Below, one piece after another: positions 17,695 through 26,852 of a stretch of 64,000 bases of DNA. Origin of the DNA: Thermoanaerobaculia bacterium (lineage in GTDB: Bacteria; Acidobacteriota; Thermoanaerobaculia; Multivoradales; JAGPDF01); assembly GCA_963712855.1 (NCBI GenBank), contig CAVQJN010000001.1, positions 742,747 through 806,746 of the forward strand. The letters are read 5' to 3'. The notes under the pieces were generated by a model, which did no database searches, was not told the origin of the DNA, and saw only the letters and a program-made list of their open reading frames with translations. Both the position numbers and the translations under genes were made by a program. Position 1 is the first letter of the stretch. Every line of letters begins with the position of its first letter.

Positions 17695-19602
17695 CTATTG
17701 CGAAGGAACCTTGATTCGCTCAACGGCCCAGTCTCCGCTCAGTAAGTCTTTGGCACCCACAGCCACATAGCCTCCCGCCAGCGGCATAGGAATCTCAATA
17801 TCTCGAACAAATAGAGGTCGCATCGCACTCCCCGCAGGTAGTGAGAGCTCGATGGTTTGCCCTCGTACCTGGGAGATGTCGCCATTCTTTGGAAGCAGCG
17901 CGATTTCTATGCGCAGCCGGCCAAGGAGGGTGTCTTTACTGGGCGACACGAGCGTGATCGCGGCCCGTTCGAAGCTTACGCGGACAGTCACTCGATCCTT
18001 GTTGCGATTGACTATAGATACCGACTCTCCGAGGCCGGGTCGACTCTTCTCGATGAAAAGAGAGGCTCGAACTCGCTGGGCTAAGAGTTGGTCATCGGGA
18101 GAGTCGCGCCAGCTTCTTCGGTAGAAGAGTCGGACACCCTTTCGAGTTGTCTCAAGTCGAAGTCTGTGGATGCGTGCATCGCCAAAATGGCGAGATTGAA
18201 AAGCTAGCAGGTATTCGCTCTGAAGGGACTCGTTGAGACCTCTGAGTGCAGGAATGAAGCTGTTGCGGTTGATGATGGCATGACCACCAGTCTCCTCTGC
18301 GAGGAAAGTGAACGGATCATTGAGATCAGCGCGAGTGCGGAATGCACCTTCAACTGTTTCGTTCCGTCCCTGGCTACTGGCGTCCGCGCCGGACGCGCTG
18401 AGTCCGTTGGCATCAAGTGTCCACACCGTTACGCCGTCAGAGTTTGCGGAGGCCGTTACCGCGTCGAGCATCGATGTGAGTTGAAGTCGTGCCTCATCCA
18501 GAGCGACAGCGTGCACATCGAGTCTGTCGGCAGAGGTGCGAGCGTTGTCTTCGGGCGGGACGGAGTACGGCACTCCTTGAAGGACACCGCTACCGTCGCA
18601 GAGAGCCCGGATGTATTCGTAAGCAGCGCGACCGGGATGCAGTGGGAATCCTTCGCTTACATAGAGTAACAGTCGGCGCCCGGGAAGGAGTGTCATGGAC
18701 GCGGCAAATGCCTGAAGTGCCTGAAGGGAGGCGATTGCATCTTCCCTTTGCTGACTGGCCAGGCCCTGCGCGATTTCGACCAAGCTACGGGGGCATGGAG
18801 TCTGAATCTTTGACTCAATAGCCTGACGTTGTTCTTGCATGATTAGGTCGAGAGCAGTCTGTTGCGCAGAGCGTCTGACCAATGCGGTGGTGCCGCCCAA
18901 TGCAATTTCTTCGAGTAGGTGGTCAACGTGAGAGCGATTCGTGCTGCGAGCTAGAAGAATCTGAAGAGAATGGTCGAACGACACCACCATCCACGCTGCG
19001 CGAGACGGTGGAAAGTCTCGCATCCACACGCGGAGCGCATCTATTACTAGTTGGCGCCGTCCAGGATCAAGGTAGGACATGTCGAGGAAGATCGCCACAG
19101 TAGGCGACGCGGTGCTCGTACCATGAGATTGGCTGCTAGAAGGCGGAGACGCAGAGGCAATCTCATCGCCGAGGTTCTCAGTGTGCCCGGCCGCCGGAGC
19201 TGTGAATCCATACAGCCCGCTGACAGGCTTTCCATCCTCGAAGAGCTGCAATTCTTCAGGACGAAGATCGTCTACCGGTCGTCCCTGTGAATCCTCCGCG
19301 AAGAGGTCGAGCTGGACTACATTTATGGTCACTTGGTCTGAGAACTGGGAGCTTGGCGTGAGACCTTGTGACGAGCCCGATGGCACGGCAAGAGCTGTCT
19401 GCGGAGGAATTGCGAGAAACGCGCCTATGACTATACGAATCCATCTAAACCCAAGTCTGTTTCGTATCGAGCCTGCTAGGTGAACAATGGCGACAAGGTG
19501 TGTGGCAATGCAGCCACCTTCTGGATGTCGCCGCAGGACGAGTGACGTCAGAGTAAGAGTGCATCGGCGCGCAGGAAATGCCTCCTGTCTCAGACTAGGC
19601 AC
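17695..19602 (-). CDS. Secreted VWA (von Willebrand factor A) domain protein
   Basis: Hydrophobic signal-like segment followed by a vWFA-like region (...VAIFLDMSYLD...GGTTAL...) and a C-terminal beta-rich region. Located in a lower-GC segment. The real start may be internal. Confidence 0.45.
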   Translation of the reverse strand: MPSLRQEAFPARRCTLTLTSLVLRRHPEGGCIATHLVAIVHLAGSIRNRLGFRWIRIVIGAFLAIPPQTALAVPSGSSQGLTPSSQFSDQVTINVVQLDLFAEDSQGRPVDDLRPEELQLFEDGKPVSGLYGFTAPAAGHTENLGDEIASASPPSSSQSHGTSTASPTVAIFLDMSYLDPGRRQLVIDALRVWMRDFPPSRAAWMVVSFDHSLQILLARSTNRSHVDHLLEEIALGGTTALVRRSAQQTALDLIMQEQRQAIESKIQTPCPRSLVEIAQGLASQQREDAIASLQALQAFAASMTLLPGRRLLLYVSEGFPLHPGRAAYEYIRALCDGSGVLQGVPYSVPPEDNARTSADRLDVHAVALDEARLQLTSMLDAVTASANSDGVTVWTLDANGLSASGADASSQGRNETVEGAFRTRADLNDPFTFLAEETGGHAIINRNSFIPALRGLNESLQSEYLLAFQSRHFGDARIHRLRLETTRKGVRLFYRRSWRDSPDDQLLAQRVRASLFIEKSRPGLGESVSIVNRNKDRVTVRVSFERAAITLVSPSKDTLLGRLRIEIALLPKNGDISQVRGQTIELSLPAGSAMRPLFVRDIEIPMPLAGGYVAVGAKDLLSGDWAVERIKVPSQ

Positions 19603-19951
19603 CGATACATACTACCTATGCATTCCTGCATTGAGCGACAATGAAAGCAACCTGTGCATCTTTCAGCCAAGAGCTGCTATTAGTCCTAGAGGAAAGCAAG
19701 CGTGCCGAGGCCAAAGATTGAAGGCCTCTAAAGAGGACTCGACGGCGTCTGTTGGTATCCATGGCTCGTCTGGGCCACGAGTACATGTCAGAGTCTTCAA
19801 CACCCGCGCACGACGAAGTGCGAAAAGCCGCGAGGGTCGTACTTGATAGAGGCGGAAACATGAGTCCTGACGGCTGCGGATCTGTCAAGACTGGCGCCAA
19901 ACGAAATTGAGGATGTGAGTACGGTCGCCAGCTAGACCGGAGGTATCGGTC

Positions 19952-20551
19952 TCATGGACAGACACACTCGCAATAGCAATTGATTAGGTCGATACAGTCA
20001 TTGAAGCAGCCTTGGCCCTTGCATGGAATGCAGCCTTGCCGGCAGATCGATAGCGTGCAGTCCGGCCCATCTTGCACCTGCGCATCGAAGTTCGACACGG
20101 GAGCTTGCGATGTATCGGACATGGCGAGTAGAGGCATGATGGAGCCCTGCTTGTCAGGGGAGCAGGCGGCTGCAGAAGTGGTAGGCGCCGTTTGCTGACT
20201 GGTTGGGTTGTCGAGCAAGAACGCCAGATTTGGCTGCGGTGGGCCAGAAGTCAAGGGCGTCATCGACGTTGAAGTATCGCTGGCGAGGCCGACAGAGGCA
20301 AAGACGAGCGCACTCGCGACTACGAAGCCGAGCGTCGCATGCTGTTTTATGGCAGGAGACTCCTCTAGACTAGGTTGATCTTGGACACTCTTCTGGAGAC
20401 GGGCCGCTGACATCCCCGTGAGAACAACTGCCCGCATGAGGTTGCCAGGGAATTGCGGCGCGACGATTCGTATCGGGCGGTCAGTGATCAGGGCAACCGG
20501 TCCGGGTATCCGATCTATCAGGTCAAGGAGGCTTGGCTGTGTGCAGCGCAA
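19952..20551 (-). CDS. Hypothetical protein with TM segment and Cys-rich C-terminus (10 Cys in the last 35 aa)
   Basis: ORF of 199 aa (likely start MRAVVLTG at 20437). Has a TM helix ATLGFVVASALVFASVGLA, a Ser/Thr/Pro-rich linker and a C-terminus CTLSICRQGCIPCKGQGCFNDCIDLINCYCECVCP. Low-GC context. Confidence 0.35.
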   Translation of the reverse strand: MRCTQPSLLDLIDRIPGPVALITDRPIRIVAPQFPGNLMRAVVLTGMSAARLQKSVQDQPSLEESPAIKQHATLGFVVASALVFASVGLASDTSTSMTPLTSGPPQPNLAFLLDNPTSQQTAPTTSAAACSPDKQGSIMPLLAMSDTSQAPVSNFDAQVQDGPDCTLSICRQGCIPCKGQGCFNDCIDLINCYCECVCP

Positions 20552-20743
20552 CGGTACGTCGTGTCGCGTGGGTTAGTTCGAATGCAGGGCGGCTCATAGG
20601 CATCGTCTCGACTGGAGAATACTCTTCTCTCGCGCTTCTGCAAGCTACTGACAGGTTCTGTCAGTGGGTGCCTCTTCGAGCATTCCGCTGAGCGATTTGT
20701 AGCGCAACAGGTTTCGAAAGAAGAGGTGGCCTGTGACCTGCTA

Positions 20744-20800
20744 CCCAGGTTGACACCACCACCAACTGGACACTCGCGATTCATTTTCCATGAGTCCCGG
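20744..20800 (-). mobile_element. Solo inverted copy of the IS3 terminal repeat (remnant)
   Basis: TGACCTGCTACCCAGGTTGACACCACCACCAACTGGACACTCGCGATTCATTTTCC is the reverse complement of IS3 right end 17345-17400 with one mismatch in the first 13 nt. Similarity decays after ~55 bp. Confidence 0.7.
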
Positions 20801-20974
20801 CCTCGGGTCGAGGTGCCGGAAGAGTGCCAGACGAATAGCGAATAGCAGTGGCTGCCTAGAGGGCGTGTGCCGGGCACCATCTGCAAACCATTACTGACCT
20901 TGGGCTTCTATGGAGGAGGAGCACGCCCATGCCTCTGTTCATGAGGCGAAGCAACCAAATTTGGTTCAGAGTAG

Positions 20975-22210
20975 CGAAAGGGTGCCAGGCGAATAGCTAG
21001 CCAAGCCCTTTCGGTATGGACGCATTCTCTCCTTTTGGGGGACCCACGTTGATCTCGTCCGTCTCGCGCAACGAGGCACATCGATCTCTAGGTACGGCCA
21101 AGGCGCCGAGAGACTCCTGACGGTCTCGAGAGCTCAACCTCGAAAGATCACACCCGCGCCCTTGCTGGGCCGCGACCCGCCTTGCTGCTGGCTCCGGACC
21201 TCTGTAGGCGAGCGAGTCTCTCTAGCTACGTCGCGGCCTGAACCCCGCGAAACGGCAAGGCCGGCGGGAAGCACCCTTGGGGAAATCCCACGTCGAGCTG
21301 ACCCGCGCGGAATCGCTCGGAGGAACGGCGGAAAGCCGCCAGGAAGGTCGCGTAGGCGTCGCGGACCTGCCTCCGAACCTGCCGCGAGTAGGCGTGGATC
21401 AGCGGAGCGGGCCCCTTCTTGATCCGGTTCGGCTCGAAGTGAGGATCCTGGCGCAGTACGAATGAACGGCCGGCAGCCGATCGCCCCGTCTCAGCCGCCT
21501 TCCGGGCGGTCTCCTGCTCGATGCCCTGGATCATCTCTGCGATTCGGCTCCGATACTGCTCGTCGTCGAGCCCGGCCCAACAGGGAATCGGGACGAGCTG
21601 GAGAGATTCCTCCTCGACCAGATCCCGCGGTTGGAGAGCGATCCCTTTGCGACTCGCCGTGTACTCGAGCGTATGGTTGATCCAACGACCGCGGACCGAC
21701 GATCCCGACAGGAGAAAGGGAGCCGCGTGGGCACCCGGCCATTCCTTGGGCGAGCGAACCAGGCCTTCCTTGGATCCGTGACCGAGGAGGTAATGCAAGC
21801 GTGCCACCTGGCTCGCTTCGTCGTCCGAGACGAGGATCGCCTGATACCTGCGTCCCCAGAACTTCTCGCGCCAGCGAATGAGCCGGCCCGCCTCACGGGC
21901 CAGATTCGAGTTGAGATAGCCCATGAAGGCGGCGAGGCGCTGTGCGTCGGGGACAGTGAGCAGAAGGTGGAAGTGATTGGAGAGAAAGGCGAAGGCATGA
22001 ACCCGCACCGGATAGAGGCGGGCTGCCCGTGCGAGAACGCCGAGCGTCAGGTCTCGGAGAATGGGGCTCGGCCGCAAGAGCAGACGCCCCTGAACCGTGC
22101 GACAGGTGACCTCGACGAGCGAGCCCGGCGGAACGAAGCGGATCCTTCGGCCCATGACACGCTCAACAGACGGAATCCAAGGCCCAGATTCCTCGCTAGT
22201 CGGGTGGCAC
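20975..22210 (-). mobile_element. Y1/HUH (IS200-like, COG1943/RAYT-like) transposase element, copy 1, with imperfect ~25-bp terminal inverted repeats
   Basis: Left terminus GCGAAAGGGTGCCAGGCGAATAGCTAGC versus right terminus (reverse complement) GAGAAAGGTGCCACCCGACTAGCG. It contains a single tnp gene, and the same termini recur as solo REP-like motifs. Confidence 0.65.
21226..22155 (-). CDS. Y1 HUH transposase (IS200/IS605-like TnpA domain with ~180-aa C-terminal extension)
   Basis: HUH motif SNHFHLLL, FMGYLNSNL, and catalytic-Tyr region KFWGRRYQAILV in the N-terminal ~130 aa. 309 aa in total. Confidence 0.7.
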   Translation of the reverse strand: MGRRIRFVPPGSLVEVTCRTVQGRLLLRPSPILRDLTLGVLARAARLYPVRVHAFAFLSNHFHLLLTVPDAQRLAAFMGYLNSNLAREAGRLIRWREKFWGRRYQAILVSDDEASQVARLHYLLGHGSKEGLVRSPKEWPGAHAAPFLLSGSSVRGRWINHTLEYTASRKGIALQPRDLVEEESLQLVPIPCWAGLDDEQYRSRIAEMIQGIEQETARKAAETGRSAAGRSFVLRQDPHFEPNRIKKGPAPLIHAYSRQVRRQVRDAYATFLAAFRRSSERFRAGQLDVGFPQGCFPPALPFRGVQAAT

Positions 22211-23066
22211 CTTTCTCTCCGAACCGCTCGGAGGAACGGCGGAAGGCCGCCAGGAAGGTCGCGTAGGCGTCGCGGAGCTGCCTCCGGACCTCCCGTGAGT
22301 GGGCGTGGATCAGCGGAGCCGGTCCCTTCTTGATCCGGTTCGGCTCGAAGTGAGGATCCTGGCGCAGTACGAATGAACGGCCGGCAACCGATCGCTTCGT
22401 CTCAGCCGCCTTGCGTGCGGCCTCCTGCTCGATTCCCTGGATCATCTCTGCGATTCGGCTCCGATACTGCTCGTCGTCGAGCCCGGCCCAACAGGGAATC
22501 GGGACGAGCTGGAGAGATTCCTCCTCGACCAGATCCCGCGGTTGGAGAGCGATCCCTTTGCGACTCGCCGTGTACTCGAGCGTATGGTTGATCCAACGAC
22601 CGCGGACCGACGATCCCGACAGGAGAAAGGGAGCCGCGTGGGCACCCGGCCATTCCTTGGGCGAGCGAACCAGGCCTTCCTTGGATCCGTGACCGAGGAG
22701 GTAATGCAAGCGTGCCACCTGGCTCGCTTCGTCGTCCGAGACGAGGATCGCCTGATACCTGCGTCCCCAGAACTTCTCGCGCCAGCGAATGAGCCGGCCC
22801 GCCTCACGGGCCAGGTTCGAGTTGAGATAGCCCATGAAGGCGGCGAGGCGCTGTGCGTCGGGGACGGTGAGCAGAAGGTGGAAGTGATTGGAGAGAAAGG
22901 CGAAGGCATGAACCCGCACCGGATAGAGGCGGGCTGCCCGTGCGAGAACGCCGAGCGTCAGGTCTCGGAGAATGGGGCTCGGCCGCAAGAGCAGACGCCC
23001 CTGAACCGTGCGACAGGTGACCTCGACGAGCGAGCCCGGCGGAACGAAGCGGATCCTTCGGCCCAT
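22047..23066 (-). CDS. Y1 HUH transposase, copy 2 (3' end replaced where copy 1 abuts; altered C-terminus)
   Basis: Protein identical to copy 1 over ~280 aa (one or two substitutions). Homology ends at 22211, where the 5' terminus of copy 1 begins, and the ORF reads on into copy 1 sequence. Confidence 0.6.
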   Translation of the reverse strand: MGRRIRFVPPGSLVEVTCRTVQGRLLLRPSPILRDLTLGVLARAARLYPVRVHAFAFLSNHFHLLLTVPDAQRLAAFMGYLNSNLAREAGRLIRWREKFWGRRYQAILVSDDEASQVARLHYLLGHGSKEGLVRSPKEWPGAHAAPFLLSGSSVRGRWINHTLEYTASRKGIALQPRDLVEEESLQLVPIPCWAGLDDEQYRSRIAEMIQGIEQEAARKAAETKRSVAGRSFVLRQDPHFEPNRIKKGPAPLIHAHSREVRRQLRDAYATFLAAFRRSSERFGEKGATRLARNLGLGFRLLSVSWAEGSASFRRARSSRSPVARFRGVCSCGRAPFSET

Positions 23067-23141
23067 GACACGCTCAACAGACGGAATCCAAGGCCCAGAT
23101 TCCTCGCTAGTCGGGTGGCACCTTTCTCCGGTGGTGGTCAA
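22211..23141 (-). mobile_element. Y1 transposase element copy 2 (3'-truncated, tandem to copy 1)
   Basis: Contains the same 5' terminus (22... ggtggcacctttctc at 23127-23141) and tnp gene. Its 3' ~90 bp and terminal repeat are missing. Confidence 0.6.
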
Positions 23142-24462
23142 CCAGCCGATCGACTTCTACCTCGACGAGGTCAGCCACCACAAGGGCATCTGCTCCAACT
23201 ACCCGAAGGGGAACGCGGACGACAAGCCGGATCTCCGGTTCACGTCGCCGGACGAAGGGGTCTTCAACCAGGCGATCGAGATCGACCCGAAAGATCCGAA
23301 CCACGCCTACCTCAAGGCGCCCGCGACCGAGGCCGACGTCACCATCGAGGCGACCGACACCGGCGCCTACGGCAAGTTCCGCGCCGAGGCGAAGACCCTG
23401 GGCCTCCTGAGCCTGGACGAGCGCACGGGCGAGAACTTCGTGCGCATCCCGATGGACGACGACAAGAATCACATCGCCGACGGATGGGCCAAGCGGCGCG
23501 GGGTCATGAACCTGCCGCCGACCTGGGACGAGGACGCGGCGCCCGCCGAGATGCCGCACAAGGGCGACAGCCTGACGCTCTACGAGGAATATCGCGGATT
23601 CGTCGTCGAGGATCCCCTGTCACAGCAAGCGCATTGGACGCGATTGGAAACCAAGCGTCGGAAGACCTTCGTTTATCCCAAGAACGGCCACGAGGACTGG
23701 ATCCGCGAAGGAGCGCGCCTGTTCGAGACGGTGACCGGCGTCCGCGTCTATTTCGTCCCGGGAGACGACTACGTGAAGCCCGACCCGGCGCTCGACAACG
23801 GGTTGAACTGGATCAACTTCAACTCGGACCTCAACGACGGCATCGACTTCGGTCCGAAAGTCGACATCATCCCCATCGTGAACACGCCCGGCTACGTCTC
23901 GGACGACCCGAAGCACCCGAAAGTCCACGTCTTCGGCCGCACCATGGCCGCGGGCGACAAGTACGGCGTGCAGGTCCCGGACGGCCCCTGGCAGCTCGAC
24001 GAGATCCAGATCTTTCCGCAGAAGATCACCGCCAGCATGAACGACGAGGAGAAGCTCTACAGCGATCTGGCGGCGGGACACGGGACGGCGCCGCACACCA
24101 AGGTGAACCTCGGTTACTACGGCGCCACCTTCCAGGACGTCGCGACCGACATCCAAAAGAACTTCGGCGCCATGGTGCACCAGCTCTATGTCTTCAGCAC
24201 GATGCACGAGATGGGACACGCCCTGGGCGCGCGCCACCACGACGAGGACCACCCGGAGATCGGCCCGCTCACCTGCCCGATGACCTACTGGTCGGGCCGC
24301 CGCGCCAACCTGCCTTTCTTCCTCGGGCGCTTCGACCCCGACAAGACCGCCTGGACCTTTCCCGCCTCCCCCGACGGATCCGACGACACCCCCGGCCCCG
24401 GCAACGCGTCCCCCTGGTCCTACTGCCAGACGAGCTGGAGCCAGATGAAGCTCAAGCCGTGA
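23141..24462 (+). pseudogene. 3' fragment of a paralogous metzincin-like protease gene, 5'-truncated by the Y1-element insertion
   Basis: Roughly 440 aa that are ~85-90% identical to residues ~375-816 of the 13118-15568 protein, including HEMGHALGARHHDEDHPEIGPLTCPMTYW. Homology starts exactly at the element boundary at 23141. Confidence 0.7.
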
Positions 24463-24576
24463 GGGCTCGCCGGCGGGGTCCGGATTTCGATCGGAGCCCG
24501 GGAGCCATCTCCCGTCATCGTGGACGCAGGACGGCCCGTTGGCCGACGCGAATTCCAGACCTCGCTCGCGAATCGT

Positions 24577-25545
24577 TCAGGGGGCAACGACGGTCGCCGA
24601 CCACCAGGAGGTGTCGCCACTCTCGAAGCCATCCGACATCAGGGGCGGGATGTAGAGATTGTAGAGCGAGTTCTCAATCATGGTCGCGTGGTCCTGGAAG
24701 AAGATCGCCCAGACGGAACCGGTGAACCAGACACCGAGCACGTGGGCGCTGCTCACCAGCACGGGCCCGGCCCTCGCCACGAAGACGACGGCGCCCGCTC
24801 GTCCGTTGAGCTCGGGGTGGTCGAGAAAGGTGGAGTTGCCGCTGTTCGTCCCCGCCGATGCGAAATGCTCGAAGCTCCACCCCAGCGAGCTGGCGATGTC
24901 CGGGGACTTCGCGATCAGGACGTTGAAGAACACTCCCGTGGGCATCAGGTCGAGGCAGCAGCTATCTGCGTTCTCGGTGACGATGGAGTAGCTGGGACTA
25001 CCGTAGACGATCGAGGAGTGGTGGTTGAACGACCCGCCAGGAATCCCCTCGAAGGTAGCGGTGTGGGTGTAGAGCATCAGCGTCGAGCTGGGACAGAGCA
25101 GACAGTCCGGATCGATCGGATTCAGCCGCGTCGCGCGGCCTGAGGTGTTGATGTCGTTCGATAGGTGGACGAAGGAGAGCGAATCGCCGCCCATCACGAG
25201 GACGTTGAACGCCGCGCCCACCGGAATCGCCGTGGCGTCCTCGTTGTAGATATACCAACTGCCGCCACCCGAGTAATTGGCGATGAAGACCACGCCGACC
25301 TCGTGGTCGTTGTAGACGCCAGAACCGAGCGGCGGATTCCAGTTCTGGGTGACCAGCAACCGCGCGTCCGGGTTGTCGTTGAGCTGCGGATGGTCGAGCT
25401 TCGTGTACTCGTCGTGGGACCCCGAGATGTTCGCGGCGGTTGCGACGTGCACGTACGAGACGAGACTCTCCCCGGCAACCGGCGCGACCGACAGGACCGA
25501 CAACGCCGCCAGGATCAGCCCGGCCAAACCCGCGTTAGCTTTCAT
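24577..25545 (-). CDS. Secreted protein with internal tandem duplication and C-terminal DGFESG..W motif
   Basis: Signal peptide MKANAGLAGLILAALSVLSVAPVAG; two related ~130-aa halves (LDHPQLNDNPDARLLV... / LDHPELNGRAGAVVFV...); C-terminus ...MSDGFESGDTSWWSATVVAP. Confidence 0.5.
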   Translation of the reverse strand: MKANAGLAGLILAALSVLSVAPVAGESLVSYVHVATAANISGSHDEYTKLDHPQLNDNPDARLLVTQNWNPPLGSGVYNDHEVGVVFIANYSGGGSWYIYNEDATAIPVGAAFNVLVMGGDSLSFVHLSNDINTSGRATRLNPIDPDCLLCPSSTLMLYTHTATFEGIPGGSFNHHSSIVYGSPSYSIVTENADSCCLDLMPTGVFFNVLIAKSPDIASSLGWSFEHFASAGTNSGNSTFLDHPELNGRAGAVVFVARAGPVLVSSAHVLGVWFTGSVWAIFFQDHATMIENSLYNLYIPPLMSDGFESGDTSWWSATVVAP

Positions 25546-25773
25546 CACTTGAACGAGGCCATTATCCCAATCGCCCGCCGGCCGTCCAATGGAGAGCTCC
25601 ACAAGTTTCCGCGCGCGCCTGCGAAGGCCACCGGGAAACTCTCGCCCGGGCCCACGCGCACCAGAACCGCGCCGGTCAACTGCGCAGAGGTACCAACCGA
25701 TTCGCAAATCTACTGGCATCAACTACTTGCCAATCGGCTAGCACCTTCTCCTTCTTCGCGGATCGCTGCGCGC

Positions 25774-26730
25774 CTACCTACTCGCCCGCGCTACCCTCTT
25801 CAGGATCGCCCGCCCCACGGTGGAGTCCGAGTAGTGTGGGAACTGCTCGAAGAACCGCTCAGATGCTGCCCCCGCCTCCTGGTGCCGGCCGAGTTTCCCC
25901 AGGCAGAGCGTTAGGCGGTCGAGGATCACGATGTCGGCGGCTCGGCGTTCTCGGGCGAGGTCTGCGACAAGGCCAGTCTCACACTCCATCGCCGAGTATT
26001 CGTACATCCTCTCAAGGGCGTCCAAGTACCGATGCACGGCTTCCTCCGGCCGCGACTTTTCGAGCGCGCGAGTGTCCTTCACGTCCTGCATGGTCCGGTT
26101 TCGCAGTCGGTGATACTCAGAGACCTTCGCTATGTCGATCTTGCGCGAGGGGGAGTCGTACCCGAGCAGCTCCGCCCCTTCGCGCACCAGCGAATCCCGC
26201 GTCTCGGCCTCGACGCGATACGCCTCGCCTTCGGTCAGGCCGGAGCGGACAATCTCAACATCGAATTGTCCATTCAGCCGCGATTCGACGTACTGCTTCC
26301 AGAACGGATTCCTTCGCTCGGTTGAGTATGCACGCCTGCCAGTTCCCTTGCCGACGTAGAACGCCCTCCCGCCAGAATCCTTGTGGACATAGACGTAGTA
26401 ATCCCTGCGGACGTTGCCCTGCGCGTCGAAAGTGACCGCCGAGGGGTCGCCGCTGAGCAGCGTGAACCGGACCCGGCCCACGAGCAACTCGCGGCTGAGA
26501 ATCGCCAAGAGGTCCTCGTGGGTTAGGTTTGGATTCTCCGCCAAGAGTTCACGGGCGCGTGCCACAGCTCGCTGCCCGAGGTCCTCATCGCTGGAGCGAT
26601 CCCCTTCCGCGCCGCCTAGGCTCTCGGCGCTCGAAGTGCTTTCGGTGGCCGTCTGTTCAGGCCGCTTCGCAGGTTCGGATTCCTGCTCGCCGTCCTTCGT
26701 CCTGAAGCGGAGCTTTGAGAACAGCCCCAT
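25774..26730 (-). CDS. GIY-YIG nuclease-family domain protein
   Basis: YYVYVHKDSGGRAFYVGKGTGRRAY...R...E matches the GIY-YIG motif. N-terminal acidic low-complexity region and a C-terminal helical region. Confidence 0.55.
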   Translation of the reverse strand: MGLFSKLRFRTKDGEQESEPAKRPEQTATESTSSAESLGGAEGDRSSDEDLGQRAVARARELLAENPNLTHEDLLAILSRELLVGRVRFTLLSGDPSAVTFDAQGNVRRDYYVYVHKDSGGRAFYVGKGTGRRAYSTERRNPFWKQYVESRLNGQFDVEIVRSGLTEGEAYRVEAETRDSLVREGAELLGYDSPSRKIDIAKVSEYHRLRNRTMQDVKDTRALEKSRPEEAVHRYLDALERMYEYSAMECETGLVADLARERRAADIVILDRLTLCLGKLGRHQEAGAASERFFEQFPHYSDSTVGRAILKRVARASR

Positions 26731-26852
26731 CGCGGCACCTCCGGGCCGAGGCTACCGCGCCCGACTGTCAGCTGCCGTCAGCGGCGCGGCCTGGAAGAAT
26801 CGAGTGCCACTCGGTTCCAGTGGGTTCAGACATCGAGCGCGCGGTCGTGCCT

